Source: Squalus acanthias (lineage: Eukaryota). From it: DNA of 64,000 nt. The stretch is from positions 19,718,001 to 19,782,000 of the forward strand of contig CM059432.1 of NCBI GenBank assembly GCA_030390025.1. The letters are read 5' to 3'. The position numbers were made by a program, and so were the translations under genes. Positions within the stretch are counted from its first letter, which is position 1, and the number at the start of each line of letters is the position of its first letter. The notes beneath the pieces are model-generated. The model was given only the letters and a program-made list of their open reading frames with translations. It searched no databases and was not told where the DNA came from. Below are positions 11,991 to 24,665 of the stretch, one piece after another.

Positions 11991-12402
11991 AGGAGATATT
12001 AGGACAGATGACCAAAAGCTTGATCAAAGAGGTGCATTTTAAGGACTGTGTTAGGTGGAGAGCTAGTGAGGCAGAAAGGTTTAGGGAGGGAATTCCAAAG
12101 CTTAGGGCTTAGGCAGGTGAAGGTATGGCCGCTGAAGTTATGGCCGCCAATGGTGAAGTGATGAAAACCGGGAATGCGCAAGAGGCCAGAATTGGAGGAG
12201 CGCAGAGATCTCGGAAGCTTGTAAGGCTGGAGGAGGTCACAGAGTTGGGGAGGGGCGAGAATGGATTTGAAAACAAGAATGAGGATTTTAAAATCGAGGT
12301 GTTGCCGGACCGGGAGCCAACGTAGGTCAGTGAGCACAGGAGTGATGAATGAACGTGACTTGGTGCGAGTTAGGTTGCAGGCAGCAGAGTTTTGGATGGG
12401 CT

Positions 12403-12480
12403 CAAGGTGGGAGGCCAACCAGGAGGGTGCAAGGTGGGAGGCCAACCAGGAGGGTGCAAGGTGGGAGGCTAACCAGGAGA
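12403..12480. repeat. 27-bp tandem triplication inside L2
   Basis: CAAGGTGGGAGGCCAACCAGGAGGGTG x ~2.9. Confidence 0.9.
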
Positions 12481-13859
12481 GCATTGGAATAATTTAGTCT
12501 AGAGGTAATAACGGCACGGATGAGGGATTGAGCAGCAAATGGGATGAGGCGGGGCGGAGACGGGTGATGTTACAGAGGTGGAAAACAGACAGTCTTGGTG
12601 ATGGAGAGGATATGGGGTCGGAAGCTCAGCTCAGGGTCAAATAGGATGCCAAGGTTGTGTACGGTCTGGTTCAGCCTCAGACAGTGGCCAGATGGAGCAT
12701 CAGTTGGAATGCTACAGTTGCTCTCGGTAACCATGTAGGGGAAAATATGCTGGGGCTACCTGTTCTTGATCGCTATTCAGTAACATGTATGAGCTGCATG
12801 TGTGGAAGGAGGACAGGTGGGCTAAGCTTTGTTGCCCTCCGTAGTCAAATAGCCTGCTGGCATTTACTGTTAAGGTTCACATGAAGACTGGCAGTAGGGC
12901 GTAGAGCTCGAAGTCTGCTGTTCTGTGGCACCAAATCCCAGCAAGACTCAGGCCCTTCAGGAAAGCAGGGAAGAGAAATTAGTGGGAAAAGAAATCGCCT
13001 CCCTCCCTAAAACCAGCATTATGGGATAATAGGCTGGTGTGTGCCATAAGGTAGTGAGAGAGATTTGTCCCGTGTCACAACACATTCAGGCTGTGCTCAT
13101 CCTTGTAATACACACCGATTGATAGGTTTCTTTGTTTTAGCAGCTCCACAGTACAGGACAGGCTATCAGTACATGGATTGGAAAGATGAATGGCGGACTC
13201 CCCCATAGTTATAAAGTGACTTGATCAGAAGTGATATTGAGATTTATTTCACCTTGCCTAATAAAAACTCTCATATACATAGGAGCGATTTCAAGGCAGT
13301 AATCTAATCTAGAGGGTTCATACGATGGTCATAAATGATTCTAGCTTCACCCTCACTGTTGATGACATCATATCAAACTTTGCATTAGATTACCAACCTG
13401 GAATCACTCCCAGCTGTCTACTTTTCTCCATATAAACTACCTGACTCCTTCAATTTTATTGCAGCCATGTAATCGTTCCCAGGTATCAACTATTCTCTCT
13501 ATAAGTGATTTGAACTCCTCAATTAGATTACAGCCTTGTAATCAATCATTATATCATTGTGGATATAAACCATCTGAATCCTTCAAGTAAGTGACAGCCC
13601 TATCTCAGTGGTAGCACTGTAACTTTTGAGTCAGTAGGTTCAAGTCTCTTTCCACCCACCCCTCCCCCGCCACCCCCAAGACTTGGGACTGAATTTTCCT
13701 CTTTGGAGTGGAGTTTTGTCCGCACACTTTTGTCTGCTCCAGCCCTGATCGCATCCTCCTGGGAGGGACTCGTTAAAGATGAGTAATGATAGGAGTCAGC
13801 ACGGAACCCACCACTATCGCTGCACTACCAGAAGATCAAACAAAGGGCATAAGGGGGCA

Positions 13860-14350
13860 GAAGTGGGTACAGAGGAGATTTACGAGGATGTTGCCAGGAC
13901 TGGAGAATGTTAGTTACGAGGAAAGATAGGCTAGACTGAGGTTGTTTTTTTTGGAACAGAGGAGGACGAGGGGAGACTTAATTGAGGTATATAAATTTAT
14001 GAGGGGCCTAGATAGAGTGGATAGGAAGGACCTATTTCCCTTAGCAGAGAGGTCAATAACCAGGGGGCATAGATTTAAAGTAATTGGTAGAAGGATTAGA
14101 GGGGAGGTGAGCAGAATTTTTTTCACCCAGGAGGTGGTGGGGGTCTGGAACTCACTGCCTGAAAGGGTGGTAGAGGCAGAAACCCTCATCATATTTAAAA
14201 AGTACTTGGATGTGCACTTGAAGTGCTGTAACCTACAGGGCTACAGACCAAGTGCTGGAAAGTGGGATTAGGCTGGATGGCTCTTCTTCGGTCGGCACAG
14301 ACACGATGGGCCAAATGGCCTCCTTCTGTGCCATAAATTTCTATGGTTCT
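13860..14350 (+). mobile_element. CR1 LINE 3' fragment
   Basis: RGDLIEVYKFMRGLDRV..WNSLPERVVEAE. Confidence 0.9.
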
Positions 14351-14639
14351 GTGAAATGCTCCAGAGATCATTCATATGCAGTTTACGAACAACTTTCATC
14401 TAACAAAGTTGCCAATTGTCATGTTAGTCACCAAGGCTTTAATATTGTGATTTATTATTCAACGAAACAATTTATTTAATTATCTGTAGCAAACAGCCAG
14501 ATTTGCAATCCTTTGGTTATTATTAAACTATGTTTACTGATGGGTCCAGAGGAGGTGTGGGGATTCCCTAGTGATACACGGCCAGCGGGGTGGTCCCTGT
14601 GGTCTACCTGCCTTTCTTCCGTCATATTCCTGGGTCATG

Positions 14640-14996
14640 GGAGTCTTCTCCTCTTTGCTAGATTTCCAATGCATCCCTCCCCCTCTGCTATTCTGCTGTA
14701 ACCTCTTCTGGACCCTATCTTTTATGGTCTGCTTGTCCCATAACCACCCACTTTTGCCTTGCACCATCATCCCTTTTGTCATTTAATCACTCCTGCCCTC
14801 CACCCTATCACTGACCTCTCCCTTTTGTTCTTTCCCGGCCCTCCTTTTCCCTGGCTCTGTATTTGTTTCAAAGCTGTTCATCTCTGACATCTTCCAGTTC
14901 TGATGAAAGGTCATCGACCTGAAACATTAACCATGTTACTCTCTCCACAGATGCTGCCTGACCTGCTGAGTGTTTCCAGCATTATCTGTTTTTATT
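14640..14996 (+). mobile_element. Penelope-derived pLTR fragment with hammerhead core (14896-14931)
   Basis: Pyrimidine-rich leader, then AGTT-CTGATGA-AAGGTCATCGACCT-GAAAC and the shared CACAGATGCTGCCTGACCTGCTGAG tail. Confidence 0.72.
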
Positions 14997-15128
14997 CTAA
15001 GTACTTCTATTGAATGTGGGGCAAGGTTGCACAATTTGGAGATATCTTCAGAGGTGTACTAACATTAGATTGTAAAATAATGTACTAACAGTATCACCAT
15101 TAAAACATCTCAAAGCGCTTTATACAAT

Positions 15129-15872
15129 GGCCCAAAAATTCATCCCGGTGCGCGCGAGTACGCACTGCGTACTCTCGCGTATTCCCTCTGCAATTGCCGG
15201 TTTTCTGCATGCCCTGCGCATGCGCTGAAAACCGGCAATTGCTCTTTTGAAAAGGGGGCGGTTCCTCCTTGCATCGCGTGCGCGCTACAGGCTGCGCGCA
15301 CGCTGTGCACTTCATGCTTTGGACGCGCAGGTAAGTACTGAAGATTTTAGAAATGTAAAAAGGAAGAGTAAGACCCACTTTTAACAAGGTAAGTAGTGAA
15401 TTAAGTATTTTTTTGAATTTTTTTTTACAGGTATATCTTTTTTAGAGACTTTAAAGACAGGTAAGTTTATTTTTATAACTTTTTAAAAGATTTTAAATTT
15501 TTTCAAAAATTTAATTTTTTATTTAAAATGGTTAATTTATTTAACTATACTTATTTTATTAATGTGATGGTTTTTTTTTTTTATTTAATTGAGGTTTAGC
15601 TGTTATTTTGGGGGGGTGTAAGATTCATAGATTTCACAGCCGTGCTATGAAACTTATGAATGGAAGATGGTGTGCTGCCATTGGCTCTAACTGAGTCACG
15701 TGATCCCACAGCTCGCACGAATTCACTACGCCGGTGGGATACGCAAGCACTGCCCGGCTGATGTCTGGAACATCAAGTTCGTGCGAGCTGGATCTTAAAA
15801 AGCACAAGCGAGGTGAGAGATCGCGGGGAAGGCTTACCCCCGCGGGAACAGAGCGAGATCAATTTCTGGGCC
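15129..15872 (+). mobile_element. Harbinger-type MITE, family A
   Basis: TIRs GGCCCAAAAATT and AATTTCTGGGCC; AAT TSD. Confidence 0.88.
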
Positions 15873-16674
15873 AATGAATTCCTGGGAAATGCAGTAGGCC
15901 AAGTGTCACGGAGTAATTCGATATAAAAAGTGAAAGTCTGCAAAAACTGAAAATTTTTAATAAAACTAGAAATGCAAGAAATATGCAGCTAGTGTATCGG
16001 TGTCTGAAAGAGAAAGGATAGGATCATGTTTTATGCAGAGCCTTTATGATAACTGGCAAGGGGATGATAACCTTTATGGTTGGCAGCAGCGTCATACAGT
16101 CTGAATGTAGACCGAAGAGCTATGAAGCTTTTGGGACTGAAAAGCTGCAGAGAGGCACATCCTGGCATAAGTGCCAGGATGGGCCTGCCAGGAATCTCTG
16201 CCGATGACCCCGGCAGACTTTGTGGGGGCGGCTCCCTGCTTTGCACGCCAATGGCAGGCAATCAGCATCACAAGTTCAGCCGTGGTTAACCTGGCTCATT
16301 CTCCGAGTGCAGACGGCTCCTACAAATTATGTTTTTTCTCCGAATACTATCGATTGCTTTTATACTGAGTCAATAATGGCAGGTCTATACTCAAATTGAC
16401 TAGGGGATAAAAAGAAAGTCTTTATTCCAGGCAATGTTTCGTGTAGGAATTTTTTTTGTTTTGTTGGAACTCCGACAAATTAAATACGGAAATGCCCTGG
16501 CATGTAGCCGAAGGCAGAAAGTCTAATGTATGACGCAAATAGTATCAGCTGAGTAGTTCAGTGATGAGTTTCCATGATTTGAAATAATTCAAATAAACAT
16601 GAACAGTGTTTGGTTTCGATCAACACATTTTATGGTTTAATTATATTGGCCAATGTCTACAAGTTACCTGATCC

Positions 16675-17107
16675 TGGAGGTTGGACAGGCTAGGCTTGTA
16701 TCCGCTGGAGTTTAGAAGAGTAAGAGGTGACTTGATTGAAACATATAGGATCCTGAGGGGTCTGGACAGGGTGGATGTGGAGAGGATGTTTCCTCTTGTG
16801 GGAGAATCTAGAACTAGGGGTTACTGTTTAAAAATAAGGGGTCGCCCATTTAAGACAGAGAGGAGGAGAAATTTTTTCTCACAGAGGGTCGTCTTTGGAA
16901 CTCTCTTCCTCAGAGGGCGGTGGAAGCAGAGTCTTTGAATATTTTTAAGGCAGAGGTCAATAGATTCTTGATAAGCAAGGGGGTGAAAAGTTATCGGGGG
17001 TAGGCGGGGATGTGGAATAATCAGATCAGCCATGATCTTACTGAATGGCGGAGCAGGCTCGAGGGGCCGAGTGGCCTACTCCTGCTCCTAACTCGTATGT
17101 TTGTATG
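16675..17107 (+). mobile_element. CR1 LINE 3' fragment
   Basis: LGLYPLEFRRVRGDLIETY..RRNFFSQRVV and the CR1 3' UTR hairpin. Confidence 0.9.
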
Positions 17108-17573
17108 AAGTCAAGATAACATATCGTTGGCTATTTGCTGTCAATTCAAAGAATTGAACAAGAAAACAGTCAATAATGACGGTGACTTCCATTTGACTTT
17201 ATAGAGATGCTGTGCACATTCGAGCACCAGCGCCTGTCTCCATGACAAGGGTGGGGTTTGGCCCCTCCCTCACATACTGTCCTATCTTAGCCTCGCCACC
17301 CGAATGTGTGCCCAACAGAGAGCAGCATACTTTTCCACAGCAAAAATAGACCCTGGCCCCTCATGTGCAGTGCCTAGTGACTGATTCAGAGCAGAACTGG
17401 GAGATGCTTTCTTACCCAGTCTCTCAACTTGCAGTTAGGATGTGACCCTGGCAGCTAAGTGTTTGCTCGGACCATCTTCGGAGAGATTGAGGGGGGTACT
17501 ATTGTTACACCCCAGTTTGCGTTATCATGCAAGTAGATATAGGGCAACGTGCGGCAACTCCCACAGAAATAAG

Positions 17574-17761
17574 GGAGGCAATTTTAACCTAACCCAACCA
17601 TCGGAAAACTGATGGGATCGGGTGTAACACTGATTTTACACACCGCCCGATTTTACTTTCCATTGAAGCGAATGGAGTGCAATATTGGGCAGGATGTAAA
17701 ACCAGTGTTCTACCTGATCCCTTAGTTTTCCCGCCCTGTGAGTTAGGTTAGAATTACCCCC
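17574..17761. mobile_element. Short palindromic MITE
   Basis: Arms GGCAATTTTAACCTAAC and GTTAGGTTAGAATTACC with imperfect internal symmetry. Confidence 0.65.
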
Positions 17762-18292
17762 GTTCAGGCCAATCACAGGAGTGACCATTTCCAGGGAACC
17801 GGAGAAGAAATCTACAGCAGATAAGAATTTGCAACACGGGCTGAAAAGAACAAAAAAAAAAGCAATGACTTCACGCAAGGATGGCCATTCGCAGTAAAAA
17901 TCCTTTCGGGCATTGACTAGTAAGGAATGCATGCATTTGGAAATTCCCCTTACAAGTCGAATATACCATCTTAACTGGAAAAATGGAATTGTTTTCTTTT
18001 CAACTATTTTGAATGGTTGTTAATCTGACCGTATGAAGTTGCAGCAGGGAAGACACTTAAATGGATGAGAATGGGCAGCTGAGTGGTACTTAAATCAGAT
18101 TGCATGTTGTGAGAGGTAAATCAAAGCACTGAAGGAAGTCGAGCAAAAGGAGGGGACAGCAAGATTCATTGGAGTGGAAAATTGAAATCTTCAGGTACCT
18201 GGGGGCTAATCTGTAGAAGGGCTTGGATCTTGCCTGAAACAAGAGAAGGTTTCATAACTGAGCTAGCTGGTATCAAACAGAAAGACTGTACA

Positions 18293-18528
18293 ATAAAAAC
18301 AGAAAATGCTGGAAATACTCAGCAGGTCAGGCAGCATCTGTGGAGAGAGAAACAGAGTTAACGTTTCAGGTCGATGACCCTTCGTCAGAACCGGTTCTGA
18401 CGAAGGGTCATCGACCTGAAACGTTAACTCTGTTTCTCTCTCCACAGATGCTGCCTGACCTGCTGAGTATTTCCAGCATTTTCTGTTTTTATTTCAGATT
18501 TCCAGCATCTGCAGTATTTTGCTTTTGT
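18293..18528. mobile_element. Penelope-derived short retroposon forming a perfect 202-bp palindrome, with a hammerhead core on each strand
   Basis: Palindrome 18292-18493 centred on GAACC|GGTTC; 14-bp TSD AGAAAGACT(G/T)TACA at 18279-18292 and 18529-18542. Confidence 0.85.
18393..18429 (+). ncRNA. Minimal hammerhead ribozyme motif (mirror copy on - at 18356-18392)
   Basis: GGUU-CUGACGA-A-GGGUC-AUC-GACCU-GAAACGUU-AACU. Confidence 0.7.
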
Positions 18529-19942
18529 AGAAAGACTTTACAGTTGTTTGTGACACCAGCTACATGAGCCAAGGATGCTTCTTAACATCTCACTCATTTA
18601 TCAAAAATCACATGCTGCCGGCCCTGTCTATTTATTTATGAATCTCAAGAGGAAATATTCAAAAGTTTGCATGGGGCCTTGGCTGTGTGCACTCAAATCC
18701 TGGATATGTTTCCCCTCGAAAACATTTCCTAATTGTGTTCAGCCTGACACTTGAATTAGGTTTCTGGTAAAAGAACAGCAACACGACTATCACAAAGTTG
18801 CACAGCCATAAAGAACATGCCTTTCCAATGTTCAACTCCCAGTTATTTTTTTATCCTGATCAGCCACCATAACATCAGTGGAACGCGTCTATCCGGGGTT
18901 TCTGCTGATCATCCGCCGAAGTTACGGTGGCCAATCGGGCGAACTCCTGAGGAAATTCCCAGTGAGTTTAAATATATAACAAATAGGTGGCTAAATGCAG
19001 CTTTCAAAAACTTTTCATGCTTTTCAAAGGAACTTTCTGAGTGTGGTCTTATATAAAGGCAGGAAGACTTGCATTTATAGAACGCCTTTCACGACCTCAG
19101 GGCATCCCAAATTGCTTTACAGCCAACTTTTGAATGTAATAACTGTTAGTAATATAGCAGACCCGGCAGCCAATGTCCACAGAGCAAGCTCCCACAAACA
19201 GCAATGTGATAATGCCCAGATAATCTGTTTTGTGTTATGTTGATTGAGGAATAAATATTGGCCAGGACACCAGGGAGAACTCCCCTGCTCTTCTTCAAAA
19301 TAGTACCATGGGATCTTTTATGTCCACCTGAGAGAGCAGATGAAGCCTCCGTTTAATGTCTCATCCGAAAGACGGCACTTCCATCAGTGCTGCACTGGAG
19401 TGTCAGCCTAGATTTTTGTGCTTAAGTCTCTGGAGTGGGACTTGAACCCACAGCCTTCAGAGTTGTAGAACTCAAGATTCTTTAGCGCAGTAAAGACCAT
19501 CTACGGCCCAAGCACCCAAGGTCCTACCCCACTGCGGGCCAAGAACGGAGAGGTACTCATCAAGGACAGAGAGGCAGGCAGTGCCCGCTGGCGACGACAT
19601 GCAAGCCGTGATCCTGACGAACGGTTCCACCACAGACCCAATTCATGTACAGACCGGGGTCAAACAAGGCTGTGTCATCACACCAACACTCTTCTCAATC
19701 TTCCTTGCTGCAATTCTCCATCTCACCCTCAGTAAGCTCCCCACTGGAGTGGAGCTAATTTACAGAACAAACAGAAACTGTTCAGCCTCCGTCGCCTCCA
19801 GTCCAGATCCAAGGTCGTCCCATCCTCTGTCGTCGATTACAGTATGCAGACGACGCTTGCGCCTGCGCTCACTCGGAGGTCGAACTCCAAACCATCATCA
19901 ACACCTTCACCGAAGCGTACGAGAGCATGGGCCTTACACTAA

Positions 19943-22725
19943 GGGCTGGATTTTGATTCAGGGGCGGGTAGGGGTCGTGTAATCCGCATTTCGTGTTAGC
20001 CACCCGAATCTAAATCGATGTGGGAGATTGATGCGATTTTAACATAATTGGCCAATTGAGTTCCAACATGTGGGAACCCATGGCCAGTGAGTTTTTCCAG
20101 TCTGAAAGTCGCTTCCGATGACGTCATCATTGCTGCAGCATTTAAGGTCTGCAACAAGCCTTGCTTCCTCTGCAGACTGCCAAGCTTCTGCCTTTGCATG
20201 TTAGAGGCACCTGCAGGAAGAATGGCCAGCCAGAGACCTATGTCTGCACCTCGATTTGATGACGTCGCCCTGCAAGCTTTAATTGAGGGAGCCAGAGCTA
20301 ATAAGGAGGTGCTCTTCCCTTCTTCAGGGAGGAAGAAGCCTTCCCATCAAACCAAGGCTGTGTGGATCCAGGTGGCAGAGGAGGTCAACTCGTTGTCCAT
20401 AACCCGCAGAACCTGGCTTCAGTGCAGGAAGAGGCTTCATGACCTGCTGCGCACTGGAAAAGTGAGTATGAATTTCCCATCACCCTCATTCTGATCCCCA
20501 TTGCCTCTCCTCACCAGCACTCAGCTTTGACAACCTCTTCCTCCACATCCCACTTGACACTGACATCCCTGCACCCTTACCCATTCCCTCTCTCTGTATG
20601 GTCACATTCACCTAACTATTTGACTATGCAGCCCTCACACTCCCTATCGCTGTGATGCTATGAAAACAACTTACAACACACAGGGAGGGCCCATGGTCTT
20701 GCCACCTCACTCCGAATTTGTCTCCTTCTAACCAACAATAATATAGATTCTCTACACTCACTCCTTCATTCTCACTCAAACTCCACTTGTCTCCCTCATT
20801 GCAGGAAAAGAGAGCTCACAATAAGAGGGAAAGAGCGAGGACAGGAGGAGGGCCACTCTCAGTAGCCCAGCTCACCCCCTGGGAGGAGGCGGTCCTGGAT
20901 ATCATGGGAGTGGAGGAGGGGACGGACAGATGGGTGCATCAGAGCAAGCTGGTGACAGAATAGTTTATCATCTCTCTCATTGACATTGCATGAGTCACTG
21001 ATAATGATTCTGATGCTCCAGCAGACTGACTTATGATCATCTACAATATGCAATGTGTATGTAACCTTGGACTCACATCTCTGACTCTTTCCTTTACTCC
21101 CCCCCAGGACCATCACGAGCAGCCGTCCCCACCGTCCAGGAGGAAGAGCATGAGCCTCACCACTCCTCAGAGGAGGTTGCAACCTCTGAGGTCACCGCGT
21201 CAGCAGAATTCAGCGCACCCAGCACCAGCGCAGACACTCACACCTCGGAGGGAACATCGCGAGATAGAGTAGTGTTGTCACCTGGTGTATCACTGCTCAA
21301 AAGTGAGCATCAGCAGATAGTGGAGACAGGGACAGCAGTGGAGAGTCCTAGTTGGAGGGCGCAGGACTCTCCTAGCTCGGCTCAGCTGCATGTCGACCCT
21401 CTGCCTCTGGGTCCATCCATAAGATCAGCGGTGCTGGAACTCCAGGAACAGATGCAGGAGTCTCTGGCAGGTTTTGTCTCCAGGGTCGCTGCAAGTGTGG
21501 AGCGAATGGGGGAGTCCATAGCGAACATGAGCAGAGCCTTTGTGGAGTCATTGGCGCATGAGCGCATCACCACGGAAAGGATGGCAACCTCCGTGGAAAG
21601 GATGGCTACAGTGGAGGAGAGGATGGCTACGGCTATGGAGGAGATAAGTCACCAGAGTGTAGAAAACATGGTCACTGTTCAGAATAGACTGGCATCTCTT
21701 GAGGAGCGATGGTCATCTATTGAACACAGAAACCAGACCTTCATGGAAGTCCTTCTGAGTAGGACTTCCAGTGCACATACGGGTCCCCAAGGCCCCCCTG
21801 ATGTGCAGCAAGGTGCTCTCAATCCATTTGCAAGCACTGAGGTGGGTCTGACCCATGGGAGGGATGTTGGTGGCAGACAACAAGGAAGTGGGGGCTCCTC
21901 TCCAAGCGCTCACACGACCAAGCCACTGCAAAGCCCTCGGTCAGAGCCCCACCAGAGTCCTCACCCAACTGAGATCAGCGTCTCAGCCCCTGCACAGCCG
22001 CAGGAGCAGCAGACTGTTGCCGAGCCCTCACAGGCTCGCAACCCCAGAGGACGCCCGCCAAAGGTTTCGAGGCAGGAGCAGCAAGAAAGTGAGCAAGGGG
22101 CCTCCACATCTGCTGAAGCCACAGGGGAAGCACCACGTAGGAGCACGCATAAAAGAAAAATAACGCGCAACAAGTCACAAGGGTAGTCACTTGGGTATAA
22201 TGTTGTGTTTAATCTTGAAATGCCGGCACTTGCTTGGTGTGATTAAAAATTCTGCTGGCAAACTGCGGAAGTTGTGGCGTCTGTCATTTCGCAAATTGTC
22301 AGTATGGTGGTCAGAGCGATAGGAATCCGCAGGTTCCTGGCCATTGTCGATGGTCTGATAAGAAGGTGCGAGGCAAAAGTGTTTTATTGTGCAGGCTAAG
22401 CAAATCTGGTCAAGTGCGTCCCCTGCATTTCGGGCAGCAATGTGGTCGCGCGCTGGCGTCTTCTGGCCTGTGCAGCTTCAGGTGGGTGAGGAGCAGCTTG
22501 GCCTTTCAAAATGGCATTATTGAGGCAATTTAGTGCTTGTTAAGGGCCTTAACGGCCTATCCTGCCTCTTGGAGGCGGGATGGAGTCGGGACCAGCAGAC
22601 ACAATTTAATGAAAATTGCGTGGAGGCGGGATGGAGGCGGGCTTGTGCCCGCCCGCCAGTTTTCGCAATTTTAACCCCCCACACGCCTCCAAACCCGCCT
22701 CCACGGGTCAATGAAAATTCTACCC
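19943..22725 (+). mobile_element. Non-autonomous Harbinger retaining the Myb/SANT gene; transposase deleted except a short probable 3' remnant
   Basis: TAA TSD; termini GGGCTGGATTTT and AAAATTCTACCC; RTE reading frame is restored when the element is removed. Confidence 0.9.
20222..22186 (+). pseudogene. Harbinger Myb/SANT protein gene, exons ~20222-20461, 20805-20951, 21108-22186; probable phase defect at the end of exon 2
   Basis: RFDDVALQALI..WIQVAEEV..QCRKRLHDL then GTGAGT; exon 2 EKRAHNKRERARTGGG; long open exon 3 with coiled-coil and basic tail. Confidence 0.8.
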
Positions 22726-24276
22726 TAAACATCCGTAAGACAAAGGTCCTCTATCAACCTGCCCCCGCCACACAGTACTGCCCCCCGATTATCAAAATCC
22801 ACGACAAGGCCTTGGATAACGTGAACCACTTTCCATACCTCGGGAGCCTACTGTCAACAAGGGCAGACATCGATGACAAAGTCCAACACCGCCTTCAGTG
22901 TGCCAGTGCAGCCTTCGGTTGCCTGAGGAAGAGAGTGTTTGAAGACCAGGGCCTCAGACCCGGCACTAAGCTCATGGTCTACAGAGCAGCAGTGATACCC
23001 GCCCTGCTGTATGCCTCAGAGACATGGACCATGTACAGCAGGCACCTCAAAGCACTGGAGAGGTACCACCAACGCTGCCTCTGCAAGATCCTGCAAATCC
23101 ATTGGCAGGATAGGCGCACCAATGTCAGTGTTCTCGCTCAGGCCAACATCCCAAGCATTGAAGCTTTGACCACGTTCGATCAGCTCCGATGGACAGGTCA
23201 CATCGTCCGCATGCCCGATACGAGACTCTCAAAGCAAGCGCTCTACTCGGAGTTCCGACACGGCAAAAGAGCCCCAGGTGGGCAGAGGAAACGCTTCAAA
23301 GACACCCTCAAAGCCTCCTTGAAAAAGTGCAACATACCCACTGACACCTGGGAATCCCTGGCCCAAGACCGCACAAAGTGGAGGAGAAGCATCCGGGAAG
23401 GCGTCGAACACCTCGAGTCTCTTGGCCGGGAGCAAGCGGAAGCCAAGCGCAAGCAGCGGAAGGAGCGCACGTCAACCCAAGCACCCCACCCACCCGCCCC
23501 TTCAACCACCGTCTGCCCCACCTGTGACAGAGACTGTAGGTCCCGCATTGGACTCATCAGCTACCTGAGAATTCATTTTTAATATGGAAGCAAGTCATCC
23601 TCGGTTCCGAGGGACTGCCTAAGAAGAAGAAGAAGAGAACTCAAGAGGCGAGAGTGCTACCAACTGAGCCACGGCTGACACTGCCTTTTGAAGGTTTATA
23701 TTTTTCAAGACTGGTTGCCTTCACCTTTTTTAGATGAGAAGTGGATGTGTTAACTGTCTTTATATGAGAATTCCTGTCAGTGCACTTTTGAAATTTCCAG
23801 GGTGAAATTGAGTGAAGTTGGAGTGGTAATGAGTTATTTAATTAAATTACACGGACTTACACTTCTAAGTGCTGCAAAATGCATCAAAGCAGTTATCAAA
23901 AATCAGGCTTGGGGTGGGGAGATGTTCCCATTGTCACCTAGAAATAAAAATTTGTGCTCTTAGCACTTCTATCCCCTTTGAGTAATGTCTAAATCTACTA
24001 CAGTTATAAACTGTTTCTGTACGCTGCAATAAAAGTAATCACAGTCATAAGGGTGTACCTAGTGATCAAGTTATGACAAGCCTTTTCCCAATGCACTTCC
24101 AGTCTAACTCCTTATCTGCATGCGATTTCATAAGGAGTGTATTGAGGGCTTCTTTTCAGTTGTCAGCTTTTTCGTGGGGTGGGGGGGCGGGGGGGGGCGG
24201 CGCGTCAGCATTTATTTTTGTAGTTGTTCATCAGCATTTACTAGTTTTCTACCACGGCATTTACGAGAATAAGCTT

Positions 24277-24665
24277 AAAGAAAGACTTGCATTTATAGAG
24301 CACCATTCACGACCTCGGGACATCCCAAAGCGCTTTACAGCCAATGAAGTACTTTTGAAGTGTAGTCATTGTTGTTAGCAGGAAACGCAGCAGCCAACTT
24401 GCGCACAGCAAGCTCCCACAAACAGCAACGCGATAATGACCAGATCATCTGTTTTATTTTGTGATGTTGATTGAGGGATAAATATTGGCCAGGACACCGG
24501 GGATAACTCCCCTGCTCTTCTTCAAAATAGTGCCATGGGATCTTTTACGTCCACCTGAGAGAGCAGACGAAGGCTCGGTTTATCGTCTCATCTGAAATAC
24601 GCGGCCTCCAACTGTGCAGCACTCCCTCAGTACTGTACTGGAGTGTCAGCCTAGATTTTTGTGCT
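24277..24665 (-). mobile_element. SacSINE1/Deu-type SINE, lacking head
   Basis: High similarity to 19060-19460 and 37918-38335. Confidence 0.85.

Larger units (their letters stand above)
10978..12690 (-). mobile_element. L2 LINE 3' portion interrupted by a CR1; itself inserted in an old SINE (10915-12975)
   Basis: (AAC)n tail; ITPVLTDLRWLPVRQHLDFKILILVFK..LWNSLP..HLFDQAF. Confidence 0.88.
19478..23635 (+). mobile_element. RTE-clade (BovB-like) LINE, 5'-truncated and internally deleted, interrupted by a Harbinger
   Basis: 11-bp TSD AGAACTCAAGA; GVKQGCVITPTLF, QYADD, FPYLGS, LLYASETW, LRWTGHIVRM, C-terminal CPTC..SRIGL; (GAA)n tail. Confidence 0.92.
19060..23681 (-). mobile_element. SacSINE1/Deu-type SINE split by an RTE insertion (pieces ~19060-19477 and 23636-23681)
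   Basis: L2-like tail, central domain and tRNA-like head (CTTGAACCCAC..GAGTGCTACCAACTGAGCCAC) resuming after the RTE. Confidence 0.82.

Noticed and set aside
13141..13225. Possible + strand exons after acceptor-like tracts (also at 6654 and 27866)
   Set aside because: No convincing donor, no recognisable peptide, and early stops.
18263..18567. Matching ORFs on both strands (MERETELTFQ...)
   Set aside because: Consequence of the perfect palindrome.
22533..23582. 349-aa ORF as an intact gene
   Set aside because: Chance fusion of the Harbinger right end with the RTE ORF C-terminus.
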